This document shows positions 1 through 12,049 of a DNA stretch of 64,000 nt, piece after piece (position 1 is the first letter of the stretch; the number at the start of each line of letters is the position of its first letter). Location: positions 3,222,437 through 3,286,436 of the forward strand of contig CAJINV010000006.1 of assembly GCA_905178155.1 (NCBI GenBank), given 5' to 3'. The notes below the pieces were generated by a model, which was not told the origin of the DNA, did no database searches, and saw only the letters and a list, made by a program, of their open reading frames with translations. The stretch comes from Amoebophrya sp. A120. Taxonomy: Eukaryota; Protista; Dinoflagellata. Made by a program: the position numbers and the translations under genes.

Positions 1-3000
1 GGTTCCAAAGGAGTTGACGCGACCTGTCGTGCCAAGCCGCCACTCGGGGGCAACGAAATTTGCGTCAAGATGCTATGCAGTGCAACTAGGTCTCGGTCGG
101 ACGAGGGGTGGAAGAACTTAAGTGAGTATATTACTTGTCTGCAACTTCTCGAAAATCTGTGTTGCATAACCGACAAGAAGAGTGCAGCTTCGTTTGTCAT
201 GCACAAATGAGTTTCGCAATTTGCTTTTCCTTTTGCAGTACGCAATGTGCATCAGTACGAGAGACGGCCCTCTTCTTGAATGAAGCTTGTCATGCTTGTC
301 TGGTTGTAATTCAAATCTCTGCAACATCACGAGTTCTTTCCAGACCCAGACGTATTTGCAGTGGATAGGCCCTCAATGCTGTCGATTCAGTCAACCCATT
401 CGCCGCGATCCCTCCTCCGAATTTGAATGTCTATCCGCCAGAAAAGCACAGCCATACCTGAAAAAGAAACGAATTTGCGTTGCGGGGGGTTTTAGCTAAT
501 GCTCAGCATGACAAACTGAAACTTTTTTGGTTGTATGTAGTTCTAGAAGTAGTCCTAGACCTCATGACCCAGGAAGACTACGACTCGGTTCTGCATGACA
601 GAAAATAAATTTCTCTGTCTCTAGTGGTGTGGTCTGGTCTCCGCTTTCGCAGAGTGGCGCCAAGAATTTGCTAGCACCGCAACTTCATTTCCTTCCTGGT
701 ATAAGTATGGCTGTATTTTTTTGTCGGATAATCCTCTCGACCCAGTCAAGCGTTCTGTGCAAGGCGCTGTGGTGGGACAGGAAATGGGCCAGGATGCGCA
801 GGATGAGTTTCTGCAGTTGGCTGCCCTGGTATGCAATGCAAGTACACAACACGACACTTCTCCCCCGTAGTTCCCGAGATTGTATTGCAGACGAAGCACC
901 ATCGAGAGAAAAAAAATGGCTCTCCTCAGCAGGATTGGGTGACGAGATTTACAACAACAAGGCATATTAGGTCATCAAGACGGTAGTAGCCAATTTCGAT
1001 TCGCTCTGAGTACCAGCTGCTTCGTGTTTACGTACAGAAGCGGCACCCACAGCGAAGCAATTCCATTCATGTGTATGAAGACATCAAACTCACAGTGGTC
1101 ATCTTCTACGCGGTGGTGTAGTACTCAGTTGCATTGCATACCCGGATTCCACCCAATTGGTTAAAATCGCGGGGCAAAAGAGCGGACAAGAACTGTACTT
1201 CGACGACGCACTAAACCGGGTGCAGCACGCCGTAAACATTGGGTATCTGCAGCGGTTGCAGAACTACCTCTACGTGCCTCTTCGCGGATGGATCATTGCC
1301 GAGGGATTCTTACCGCCCAAACTGGTGCAAGTTCTCAACCTGGCAGTTGAGGGTGCCATGACGTACATCGCCGTGGTGGCCTACGGCAGTGTGTATCCAA
1401 TGCAAAAGTTGTATGACGCTCGTACTTCTAAATCTAGTACAATATCGTGATGACGCATGACAGATTTTCCTTCTATAGCTGATTCTGCATGACAAACTCC
1501 ATTCTCCCTTCTCACGATGAAATTTGTGGTGCAAAACGTTGCGTACGAGCGCGATTAAGGATGTTTTTGCAATGCATACCCTGCCTGCCATCGCGATTCC
1601 CCTGGCCATTTTTCGCGCTGCCGAGTTCTATTGCTCGAGCCAGGAGGAGGAAAAAGCGAGCACGGAGGAGGGAGAAGACGCTGCAGTCAAGAAGAGCGGC
1701 GGATTGAGCCGGAAGTCGTTCTGTAAACTGCTCAACACAGCCAAAAACAAGTTTCCGGGGACCACCCACGCAGTGTACGGCGTCATGAACGCGCTCAACT
1801 TTCTCCTAAGCATTGCAAAAGTAGCGTACTTCTAGTGGGAATTGCATTACAAATTTTATTATCAGAGCCAAAAATTGAATTTGTACATGCTGATTCAGCT
1901 AGTAAAGTAGATTTGTCATCATGCGGATGCGAGGCTGCAATTACTACGACTGCGATAGTACTTTTGCAGTGCATATCTCCTTACCGGCAGCAACCTCGTG
2001 GGCGCGGCCAAGGAATTTTTTCACTTTGCGCACGAAACTTTTCTCAACTGGGAAACGTATGGAAGTGTCAGAATCGAAATTGACAAAATCGAAAAATTTG
2101 CAATGCGTAAAATGTAGGGCACGCGTGGCCTGTGTTGGGGAGCAGGCAAATGTGACCGATTGCAGGCCTGTTTAGGGGAAGGTAATGCGCTGCCAGAGTA
2201 GCATGACAGAAGCAGTGTTCTTTGCCCAAACAGCATGACAGACTGGATTTTGGTTGCCCAGAAACTTGTCATGCGCCACTTGGAAACTGAGGCTCGAACT
2301 GGTTTCGACTTTATGCATCACAAATTATTTCGATTTTGCTGATTTCGATCCTGACGCTTCCATAAAACGGTGAGAAACGTTATCGGGGATGAGCGGGCGA
2401 TATCAAATGCACATATGTCTGGGTCTGGAAGCATGAAGCCTGTCATGCGAAATCTGGAGCACAAAAAAATCTGTGTTGCATGAACGCCAATATTAGAAAC
2501 CCAATTCTCACTAGGCAGAAGGCGCATTTCTCATGCGGAATAGGCATGAGGAAGGTCTCAAAAAATCTGTACTGCTTCTGCGTGCATTACAGACCATGAC
2601 GAGTGTGGTCCGCGAGATGCATGACAAATCTTGCAATTTTTCACCCCCAGACATCTTTGCATTCGATAGGCGAAACAAGCGGAAGCCGTGCTGGCTGCCG
2701 CGGCCGCTGCGAAAAGCGTTGCGTACTTGGAGGTGAAGCTCCTGCGCGCGTGCGGCTACGAGGTATTTCGATCGGGGGCGAAAAAGCTCGCTGGCGCACT
2801 GGCGGAGGAGTTTTCCTGGGGGGACTGTCTCGAGCTATCCACTGATGAATTTGTATATTTCACCTCACGTCCCCCTCCGCCCGCGATCCGTCTCTGTCAT
2901 TTGTAACGAACACACGGAGGACGAGAAAAACTGGTGCTCACCAGCATGATCTGAAAACGAAATTTGATAGACTAGACCTAGACCGTGCCGAGTTCCCATT

Positions 3001-3429
3001 TTCTTCCTTCAGAGGTTGATATTAGGTGAGCAACATCTATGCATGATGTGCATGTGCATCTTCTAGTACAATATTACGTTTACAGTACCGAGCCATTTGC
3101 TGTTTCTCGTGGGCGCTGTCATTCTCGACGGATGTGATAATATTTACACAGCATAACTGCGTTCCACCAAGGAAATCATCGACCCCGAAACTGGCGCGCT
3201 TGTCGACGCCAAGGGGCTACGTGCTCGTTTGAAGGGGCGGGGGAAGGAAATCCGCGAGAAATTCAAAGGGGGTTGCAAGCTGCTCGGCCACGGCATTCAC
3301 AAGCTATTTCACTGGAAGAGCCACGACGAAGAAGCGGCGGGCGCAGCAGCGGCGGAGGAAGTGGACGAGGGGCCGAATTTCGACATTCTGCAGCGCAATG
3401 CAAAGGAATCCATCAAACCGGCCTCATAA
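1..3429 (+). CDS. 3' part of an unknown Cys-rich/membrane protein, tandem paralogue of 4810..8472; split by 8 introner-type introns
   Basis: Spliced exons read ATCRAKPP..EICVK, NPFAAIP, EFLQLAALDS, YLYVPLRGW..LVQVLNLAVEGAMTYIAVVAYGSVPAIAIPLAIFR, GDERA..AKSVAY, DPETGAL, collinear with the downstream gene; stop at 3427-3429. Confidence 0.85.
74..367. mobile_element. Introner, degenerate family A
   Basis: tatgcagtgcaa...tttgcagtggata; TSD gatgc/ggccc; frame restored versus the paralogue. Confidence 0.65.
432..730. mobile_element. Introner
   Basis: TIR tatccgccagaaaagcacagccata; TSD atgtc/atcct. Confidence 0.75.
830..1140. mobile_element. Introner, B-like
   Basis: tatgcaatgcaa/ttgcattgcata; TSD cctgg/cccgg. 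Confidence 0.8.
1394..1578. mobile_element. Introner, family B
   Basis: TSD gtgtg/ccctg; restores GSVPAIAIP. Confidence 0.8.
1807..1975. mobile_element. Introner, family B
   Basis: TSD tctcc. Confidence 0.85.
2058..2364. mobile_element. Introner, family D
   Basis: TIR tatggaagtgtcag; TSD aaacg. Confidence 0.9.
2401..2668. mobile_element. Introner, family A
   Basis: TIR tatcaaatgc..atgtctggg; TSD ggcga. Confidence 0.9.
2836..3155. mobile_element. Highly degenerate introner
   Basis: tat...ata ends; TSD cgagc/actgc; restores LERSTKEIIDPETG. Confidence 0.6.
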
Positions 3430-4323
3430 TAGCGGCAGCGCCAGCGGAAGGAAGATGGAGGAATCATCTGAGGCTTGTTGACTGAAGTTGCCCGACAAGA
3501 ACGAGATGACCTTGAGGCATCGTTTAATTATTTTTGTCACTTCTACATCTACTACAGAAGCGAACTTCTCACAGTTTTTCTACTTGCAAAAAATTTTGTT
3601 TTATTTAGTTTCCGAGTTTCAAAAATTAAAATGTAAATGTTCCACTTTTTCTACGCAGTCTCCGATCGCATACCAGCCAAGTAAATCCTTCTCACACACA
3701 AAAGAACTACACATCACGCCAACTTCGTGAATTTGAACAATTTTCTGAATTTCCCCGTACGATGAACATCGAGAGACAAACATTAACATACAAAAAGAGT
3801 CTACAAATTAAGAGTTTAGGTAGGGTAGTATTTGCGTTTTCAGATTATGTACATACTTATGAGCAGTACTAGACAATAGAATTAAATCGAATTTCAATGA
3901 TCGCATGACACAGTGACTGGGGCTGCAGTGCGACGTGTGTATCTTTTCCAGCTCCCATCTTTGTACTTTTTGTTTTACATACAGACCATAAGATAGTACA
4001 AGTACAACAGTCCTGAGCTACCATGTCTTCATCCTTTTCTACCGTGAAGAAAAAAAGAGTAACAACTGCATCAATCAAACTACAAGGTGTGCATGATTGT
4101 ACTTATTTACCAAACGGCAGCGGAAGTGTAGAATTCATTGTGCGGGCACACTGTCCACGGACTCGGTCGCTCTCGCTCGAAAACACAAGCACAGCTGACG
4201 GGTGTAGGTACTTCTCTCTGTCCCACCTGTTTTGATCGTACTTACCTACTATTTCGGTTCTTGATGCCCCATAAATGATTTGTATCGGTAGGTGCGGCTA
4301 CTTGTCCTCCTAATTGCAAATAT

Positions 4324-4381
4324 CTTTCGGTTTTATTTCGACTTTCGGTTTTGTTTCGACTTTCGGTTTTCTTTCAACTTT
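4324..4381. repeat. 18-bp tandem repeat x3 (ctttcggttttNtttcRa)
   Basis: Directly visible in the intergenic region. Confidence 0.7.
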
Positions 4382-4809
4382 GGATTATTGTCTCTTCCGC
4401 GTAGTCGTTTCTGATTCTGGCACCAGGAAGATGTTGTGCTTTCTTAGCTGTATATACATGGACTATGCAGTTCAAGTACATGACCACGGAAAATGATTGA
4501 CCCGTAACCCGACGAGCCTTTTGCTTCCTTGATTTAATATCGCTTCTCGTTTTATTGCCATGAATTTGGATACAGGAACTACCACGAAATACTAGTCGTT
4601 TATTGCAGCCTACTTACTATACTTACATACTTACTTCAACTTGCTCCTGTAGGAACGATCCATCGACAAGATTTTTCATTTTCGTCTCGAACCGCAATCA
4701 CGTAAAGTCCTCACGACCCAACTTTTTATCAATCTTCCCTTGTTCACGCTGCTAGTACTAGCAGATCAAGAATAAACTTAAAACAAGTGTATCGACATCC
4801 GAATCGAGA

Positions 4810-7800
4810 ATGACAGACGGCAACCCCAACATCTCCAGCCAAGATTCGCCATCACCCCGTCGTGCTGGAGGCAGCCTCACCAAGCAAAAACTCTCCACCT
4901 CCCTTCAAGAAAGGCAAGAAGAAAGGAAGCGGCAAAAGCTCAAAAAGAAGATCACGCGGAAGAACGAGGCCGCGGCGGCTTTAGCAGCCTTTTCACGCTC
5001 CTCTTCGTGTTCGGAGGATGTTGCAGCTGCTCACAAGGAGGAAGGGGAGAAGCAGCCGGAACAACGAGAGCTGAATCATGACGAGGAGAACAAAACCAAA
5101 GCGGCAGACGAAAATCTTCGTACTACTGCCAGCACATCAGTCCATGATAAGTCTCGACGCCACTTGAACCCGCATAATTTACAATCAGATGATGTTGGGA
5201 ATAAAAGTGCCGCATACTGGACCGTTGGAATTAGCCTCATCATGCTGCCCTTTCTCCTCTACGCGGTGATACTGCTTTGCGTGGCGAAAGGGGGCCACGA
5301 CAATCAGGATGATCATGAAGGTGTCATCAAGAGCACTCCTGGCCAAGAACATCATGGTTTTCTTCGGGGTAGTACTTCATCGTCGCAAACTAGAGAGCGG
5401 AAGTTCCTGGCACCGACACCGAGCTTGCCTGAGGAACCACAGGACAGGTATGTCCTAAAGGATGAACAAAAACAAGCAAAAAGCGGTGTTGAAGATGGAG
5501 CAGAAGCAGGTACTGGAGGAGGGTCATCTGCTGAAGATTCATCTGAGGAACAAAGCATGTCTACCGTAGCTACAGCCCCAGTGGAAAATGTTTTGGAAAC
5601 CACCAGCAAGGAAAACGAGAACGACGGGCCAACACTCGTGAACAAACTCGCACCAGAATATGGAAGCGAAGTTCTTTCGGACGCGAAGATGAGCGCGGCG
5701 TTTTTAGAACAAGATCAACTCCAGCGACGAGCGACAGAAGTGGGAAAGATCGACGTGGTCCAAATCATGGAAAGACAAGGGGATGAAACTTTTGAACAAC
5801 CGACTCTTAATTCCTCGACCATTTTCCTCGGACAGCCTGCAGGAGGTGCTGAAAAGGTGATGAGTGCAGCTTTAGCCTCCACTTCGACCAGCTTCCTCGA
5901 CGTGGCGCGGCAAGAACAGCAACGCTCTTTCGCCAGTCAGTTGAGGTTGTATAAAGAGCAGAATTTGAAAGCCAAAGCCCCTTTGGCTGTGCTTTATCAG
6001 TGCAGGTACCCGGACGAACGGCAGGAAACCATTTTGGACAAAGCGGCGCGGGGAATTACTACACCCGCACATCAAGATGGTAGCATACCCGCGGGAACTA
6101 CCCTGGAACTGTACGACGTGCCGAAGCGGCAGTGCAGTATGCCGCAAAAAAAAACTAGTAGCGGTTTTTTCTGCTCGTGACCGTGGTAAAGGTAAACGAT
6201 GAATACTTTTTGACATGATAGAAAGATGTGTTTCCTAAGTTCAGCACATGAAGAAGTAGATCACAAAACGAAACAAAAGCGCCGCTACTACATTTTCCCA
6301 CTGGATTCCGCTGTCCGAGTGCACCAGAATCAACGATTGTTCCTCTTGGCTCGCGATAGTACCGATTCACAAAGTAAACGGGCAGAAAATTCCCTCCTGC
6401 CTGCTTGGAGGAAAGCACGCAAATCCGTTTGCACGACTTGATCAACTTCCGTTTCCAACCGATTATGGCCCAGACAAGTGGGAAATTTTCTGCGCAGTGC
6501 ACGTGCACTCGGGTAGTGAGCCAGGGCAAGGGGTCGTTTCCACCGCGCGTGCATCTCCTACACCTGTAGTCGCGCGGCCTTATGGGCAGCAGGACGCTGG
6601 CACTGGTTTCGGCATGTGGGATGCGTTCACCGCTGCCCTGGATTACATTTTTGACGACGACGAGCCGGGAGCGAAGGACGCGTTGGTTTACGCAGATGAT
6701 GACGACGAACTGGAGTTTGGTGATGCATCTGGTGACCATGGTCGTCTTGACCTCAGCGAGGACCCATTGCACGGCGCGGACTCCACGACCAAAAATCCGC
6801 TGGCAAAGGCCTTGCAGCGGCACGGCACCTGTGGCCGGCACTGGTGGTCGCATTCCCGGTGCCGGTGCATGCGATGGGAAGGACCAGGCGAAAAGCGCAA
6901 GCATGGGCATCATCTTGTCATGCACAAACCCGAAGAAAGCACCAACGGTTTTGCGTTGACTGCGGTGGTGGATGCGCAGTGCCCCCGGAGTGCAAAAATC
7001 AATTCCGTCTGTAGGTCTGACTTCGGATCCGGACAGTGCATCTTCGAATGCAGAACCCGGTATTGCCAGTGCGTTCAAGACAACGGAAACTTCGCTTTCC
7101 CGGAGGGAAACGCCGCCTGCACAAACCGCTGGGACGGGTTCTCGTGCGGCGTCGGAACAACTGCCGCAACGTGCCGGGCGAAGCCGCCCCGGTTCAATCC
7201 GGACGAATTGTGTGTGATGGCCATCGATGCCGCAGAAGCGATTAACCCCTTCGCGGTCGTGCCAGATGCGCAAGTTCCCATCCACCCTGAGACTCAGCTC
7301 CAGGCGCGCGCGATCGGAGGTTTGTATGGGGAAGTGAGCGAGAAGCAGTTTTTCGAATTGGCGACTTTGGATTCGAACGCGATGGTGGCCAAGGCCAGTG
7401 AGACCTTCCACACGCATAAAGACTTCTTAATCGATGCCCATGCGCATGCAAGCAAGTTCAGTTCTCTGGCCTACTCTCACCGCGTGCGCGAGTACATCTT
7501 CGTGCCCATCCGCGGGTGGCTGCAGGCCAGTCCGAAGGTGCCAAAACAACTGGTCCAGGTGCTGAACTTGGCAGTGGAGGGGGCTTTGACTTACATGGCT
7601 ATGGAATACAAATTCATTCTTACCGTACACGTACAAATAAATGCATGTACAAATTTCGCTCGTCACTTAGAATCTCCCACTTGTAAAAATGCTGGTTAAG
7701 CTTGAAGGGTTTTTTGTCATGCAGAAACAGGAGTTGGAGCATTATTTGTACGCAGTGTGCGGGACGAACTTTCTCCTGGATAATGGCAGTCGTGGCATAC

Positions 7801-8472
7801 GGGAGTGTGCCTGCCATCGCGATTCCGTTGGCGATCTACCGGTCTCTGGATTTTTACTGTACGGGCAAGGTGGCCGAAGCCGACATGTTTGAGGAAGAAG
7901 AGTTGGATATCGTTCAGAAACAGCAGAGACTTCATCTCTGCGGGCGGTTACTGGACGCCAAGGACAGGCACCCCAAAACGACCAAGGGTGTGCTTGCTTT
8001 GGTGCGGACGCTCGACCTAATCCTTACCGGCAGCAACCTCGGTGAGGCTGTGAAAGAACTGTTTAGCTTCGCAAAAGAAACGGCTTCCGCCTGGGAAGTA
8101 GTCAAAGCTGCTATCGGTGACGAGCGCGCCGCCGCCGCCGAGGCCTTTGTCGCCGCGGCCGCGGCCGTGAAGAGCCTGGCCTACGCGAAAACGCTTTTGA
8201 TGCGGCAGTGCATGGGGGATGCCTTTCAGGCGGGGGTGAAGAAGATTGCCGGGGTGGTTGCGCGGCATTGGTCGCTGGGCAACTGCCTGGAGCGAACCCG
8301 AAAGCGGATCAACCCGGAGACCGGAGCGCTCGAAGATGACGAGGGGTTTCGGAACCGCTGGCGGCAAAAGGCTCACGAATGGAAGGGGAAACTCAAGGCG
8401 GTCTGCCCCAGATTCCATCGGCACGGAAAAGAGCACGATGAACCCGCGGCCGTGGCAAAAACTCCGGTTTAG
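4810..8472 (+). CDS. Unknown ~1,037-aa protein with a predicted TM helix, Cys-rich region and hydrophobic C-terminal domain; exons ~4810-6136, 6498-7599, 7788-8472
   Basis: ORFs 4810..6180, 6497..7699 and 7702..8472 join in frame (3114 nt) after removing a GT-AG intron 6137..6497 and introner 7600..7782 plus one TSD; hydrophobic YWTVGISLIMLPFLLYAVILLCVA. Confidence 0.8.
7600..7782. mobile_element. Introner, degenerate B-like
   Basis: TSD atggc; restores TYMAVVAYGSV. Confidence 0.85.
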
Positions 8473-9814
8473 GCCCGCTAGGGGCCCCGTCGCGGGGACC
8501 ACGACGCCGTGGAAACTCTAGAAGTTGTTGGTGACGCGCGCGACCGGAGTTGTCGGACACCCCCGCGGCCCAGGGGACGTCGTCCGCGACATCCGTGAAG
8601 CTTTCAAGCTGACTGCAACTACACCTGCGAATTTTCACAACTCTGTCATGCGGTGGTTCGTGTCAGAATGCGTATGTGGTGGGTGGTTCATCTTGTCAGA
8701 ACTACAGAATTTTGGATGAAAAACGAAAATGAAAATTTTGCTTCGAGCTGTATGAAAAATTTTGCTTTCGAAAAAGTTGTACCTGCAGAGTTTGTTTTTT
8801 TATTTCACGAGAAGCTCGTGCCTCCCATGAATGTCAGTATGATATTTTTTTCCCCAGCTACTTTTTACTGCGCACTAAAGTTCACCATGCATTTGCGTGT
8901 GGCAAAGTGTACTTAATTTTGATTACATGAAGGACCAAATGAAAATCACGAAATAAAACATCAGGGAAAAGTAGAGCCTCTTCGCCGTGTTGCTTTCCCT
9001 CCGTACAGTATGAGCTTACAGATATGGGAACGATAAAAGACGATCAAGATAGTTGGCAGATAGGAAACATTTGTAGTTCCTGTTCCTCAACATATGACAA
9101 CCACACAACAGGAGCAATGGAAGTCGTTTTCTATGATCCAAACAAGTTCGTTTTGCAGTTGGAGCTTCCAGCAACTGCCTGGAGGTGTTTCCTGTTAGAT
9201 TGTTGGTCACGTCGACAACGATTCGGTGATGTTACTTTCCGTTTAGTTTTCGGTCACCTGGAAGTTAGTTGTAGCCTCGTACGTCGATTGATGTGCACAT
9301 CTTCGATAGTGCAACGAAGCCATTCGGTCTTGTTTCCCTTTCGGAGCTATGTTTCTTCGCTTGTGTAGTCATTTGTCGGTCAGCACTTCGTATCGCGAAG
9401 TCGTATCGTCCGTCCACCAAAGTCGTGGCCTCATAGAAGTAGAACTAGAAGATTTTGCAAGTTGTCGCGCCTCATCGTGCGTTGCGTCCGATAGCGATGT
9501 CTTTTTCGTCCGTGTAGTGTGAGGCCTTTGTTTTGTGTACGTATCATCGTTTCATCTTATTCACAACCGAAACCGCAGGAGGAAAGTCTCGATAACTGCT
9601 TTCCTAAGTATTTTCCCCCCATAAGTACTGTTTTGTAGAGTTTTACTTTTTATTTTAACCACAAGCACCACTTGAGACCATCAAAAAATTTTAGTACATT
9701 CGTATAAGTAGTTCAACTCAGAATCTCGCGTTTTCCCAAAGACTCTGACTTACATCGGGCATTTTCATTTCACATCGAGAACCTCCTCCCTTCACACGCA
9801 AACGCACCAGCACC

Positions 9815-12049
9815 ATGAAGAAGTTCGGCGCCGCCCAACTCCTCGCCACTCAGTGCGTCGTCCTGGTGTCGCATGAAGCTGCCCCTGTCGTCACAACCGT
9901 GCTGGCATTTAAGGCCGCGAAGACCGCCCGCTTGCCGTTGCGGAACCTCAACGGCCGCGACCTGCTGAACAAAAACATCAAGCGCGGGAAGAACCAACCT
10001 TCGAAATTGACCGCTGCGATTACCGACTTCGCCTCGGCGGTGTTTGACCGTGCGGCGGGACTGGCGACGGCTTTTTTGTACGGGACGAGAACGACCGACG
10101 AGCAGCAGGCCACTGCTGCAACTCACGAACGTCTGCAGGAAGGGGCTGCTCCTGATCTTTCTTACCACAAGGAGATCATCGGAACAAATAACGTTGCGCC
10201 GCACCACGGGATCAACATGTTGAAGAACGGCACGATGGCCGATGCTTTTACTTCATTCCCTCCTTCTGATGTTACGGAAGATGTTGAAATCGACGTTGTG
10301 CAAGAACAGCAAGTTGCACCACAGCAGGACAAGAACCATGTCGATGCGAAAATTGGCATGAAGACCTCCAAAAGTCCTGGGGTTCAGCAGCACAAACCGC
10401 GTGGTCGTCTTCCGGCCAAGAACAAGATCTTCGGAAAGATGAAAAAACACTTTCCGTTTCAGCTGCGGTTGAAGTGCAGCAAAGGGGCAGGTCGTGCTCC
10501 TGTGCGGAAAAACAAATTTCCGTTTGTTTTGCGGCTGAAGTGCAAGAAATCTTCTGTCCGGGGAGAGGTTCTTGTCCGGCGCCACAAGTTGCCCTTTGTG
10601 CCGCGTTTCAAGTGCAAGGTCTCGGCTGGTGTCGTGCGGCGCAACAAAATTCCATTTGTCTTGCGCTTGAAGTGCAAGTCTTCTGCAGGAACCGTGCGCC
10701 ACAACAAACTGCCGTTTATGCCGCGGCTGAAGAAGTGCAATGTCTCTGCGGGGGTCGTGCGCCACAACAAACTGCCGTTTGCGCTGCGGCAGAAATGCAA
10801 GGTCTCTGCGGGGGTGGTGCGCCACAACAAACTGCCGTTTGCGCCGCGGCAAAAATGCAGCAAGACAGCGGGAATGGTTCGTCGCAACAAGTTGCCATTT
10901 TCTCCGCGTCCGAAGTGCCCCAAAGCGGCGGGAATGGTTCGTCGCAACAAGTTGCCATTTCCTCCGCGTCCGAAGTGCCCCAAAGGGGCGGGAATGGTTC
11001 GTCGCAACAAGTTGCCCTTCGCTCCTCGCTTGAAATGCAGCAAGACAGCGGGAATGGTTCGTCGCAACAAGTTGCCCTTCGCTCCTCGCCTGAAATGCAG
11101 CAAGACAGCGGGAACGGTTCGTCGCAACAAGTTGCCTTTCGCACCCCGCCTGAAGTGCGGAAAAGCAGCGGGCATCGTCCGTCGCAACAAGTTGCCCTTC
11201 GCGCCGCGACTGAAGTGCGATGAAGCAGCGGGTATTGTCCGTCGCAACAAGTTGCCTTTCGCACCCCGCCCGAAGTGCGGAAAAGCAGCGGGCATCGTTC
11301 GTCGCAACAAGTTGCCTTTCGCACCCCGCCCGAAGTGCGGAAAAGCAGCGGGCATCGTCCGTCGCAACAAGTTGCCGTTCGCGCCGCGGCTGAAGTGCGG
11401 AAAGGCAGCGGGCATCGTCCGTCGCAACAAGTTGCCTTTCGCACCCCGCCTGCAGTGCGGACAAGCAGCGGGCATGGTCCGTCGCAACAGGTTGCCGTTC
11501 GCGCCGCGACTGAAGTGCAGGAAGTCTGCTGGTGGGATCGTACGCCACAACAAACTACCCTTCGCGCCCCGGTTTAAGTGCAAGAAGTCTGCTGGGATTG
11601 TTCGGAAGAACAAGCTGCCATTTGCGCAGCGGCTTACGTGCAAGAAGTCTGCTGGGATTGTTCGGAGGAGCAAGCTGCCATTTGCGCAGCGGCTTACATG
11701 CAAGAAGTCTGCTGGGATTGTTCGGAGGAGCAAGCTGCCTTTCGCGCCTCGACAGAAATGCAAGAAGTCCGCGGGTACCATTCGCCGAAACAAGTTGCCC
11801 TTCACGCCGCGCTTGCAGTGCCAGAAATCCGCCGGTGTCGTCCGCAGGAACAGGCTCCCTTTCTCCCCGCGCATCAAATGCAAGAAATCCGCTGGGGTCG
11901 TCCGCAAGAACAGGCTCCCTTTCTCCCCGCGCAACATCAAATGTAAGAAATCCGCCGGCATTGTCCGCAAGAACAGGCTGCCATTCGCTTCTCGGCCGAT
12001 TTGCCGCGAGGTGGCTGTAGCGGCTCGGGAGTCACGGATGGCGGCATGA
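9815..12049 (+). CDS. Intronless 744-aa highly basic protein with ~26 tandem 20-aa Cys-containing repeats (KCxKxAGxVRRNKLPFAPRL)
   Basis: Single long ORF; 60-bp unit repeats with many synonymous differences; hydrophobic N-terminal segment. Confidence 0.85.
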   Translation: MKKFGAAQLLATQCVVLVSHEAAPVVTTVLAFKAAKTARLPLRNLNGRDLLNKNIKRGKNQPSKLTAAITDFASAVFDRAAGLATAFLYGTRTTDEQQATAATHERLQEGAAPDLSYHKEIIGTNNVAPHHGINMLKNGTMADAFTSFPPSDVTEDVEIDVVQEQQVAPQQDKNHVDAKIGMKTSKSPGVQQHKPRGRLPAKNKIFGKMKKHFPFQLRLKCSKGAGRAPVRKNKFPFVLRLKCKKSSVRGEVLVRRHKLPFVPRFKCKVSAGVVRRNKIPFVLRLKCKSSAGTVRHNKLPFMPRLKKCNVSAGVVRHNKLPFALRQKCKVSAGVVRHNKLPFAPRQKCSKTAGMVRRNKLPFSPRPKCPKAAGMVRRNKLPFPPRPKCPKGAGMVRRNKLPFAPRLKCSKTAGMVRRNKLPFAPRLKCSKTAGTVRRNKLPFAPRLKCGKAAGIVRRNKLPFAPRLKCDEAAGIVRRNKLPFAPRPKCGKAAGIVRRNKLPFAPRPKCGKAAGIVRRNKLPFAPRLKCGKAAGIVRRNKLPFAPRLQCGQAAGMVRRNRLPFAPRLKCRKSAGGIVRHNKLPFAPRFKCKKSAGIVRKNKLPFAQRLTCKKSAGIVRRSKLPFAQRLTCKKSAGIVRRSKLPFAPRQKCKKSAGTIRRNKLPFTPRLQCQKSAGVVRRNRLPFSPRIKCKKSAGVVRKNRLPFSPRNIKCKKSAGIVRKNRLPFASRPICREVAVAARESRMAA
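10450..12005 (+). repeat. Coding tandem repeat, 60-bp unit, ~26 copies
   Basis: Visible 60-nt periodicity (gtcgcaacaagttgcc recurring in register). Confidence 0.95.

Noticed and set aside
6155-7417. 420-aa minus-strand ORF
   Set aside because: Antisense to the + strand exon whose protein is conserved in the tandem paralogue
10253-11970. Long antisense and alternative-frame ORFs (431 aa, 503 aa and others)
   Set aside because: Shadows of the stop-poor 60-bp coding repeat; the + frame ORF has a proper start, a stop and synonymous variation
10450-12005. Possible CRISPR-like array
   Set aside because: No unique spacers; a contiguous in-frame coding tandem repeat in a eukaryotic context with no cas genes
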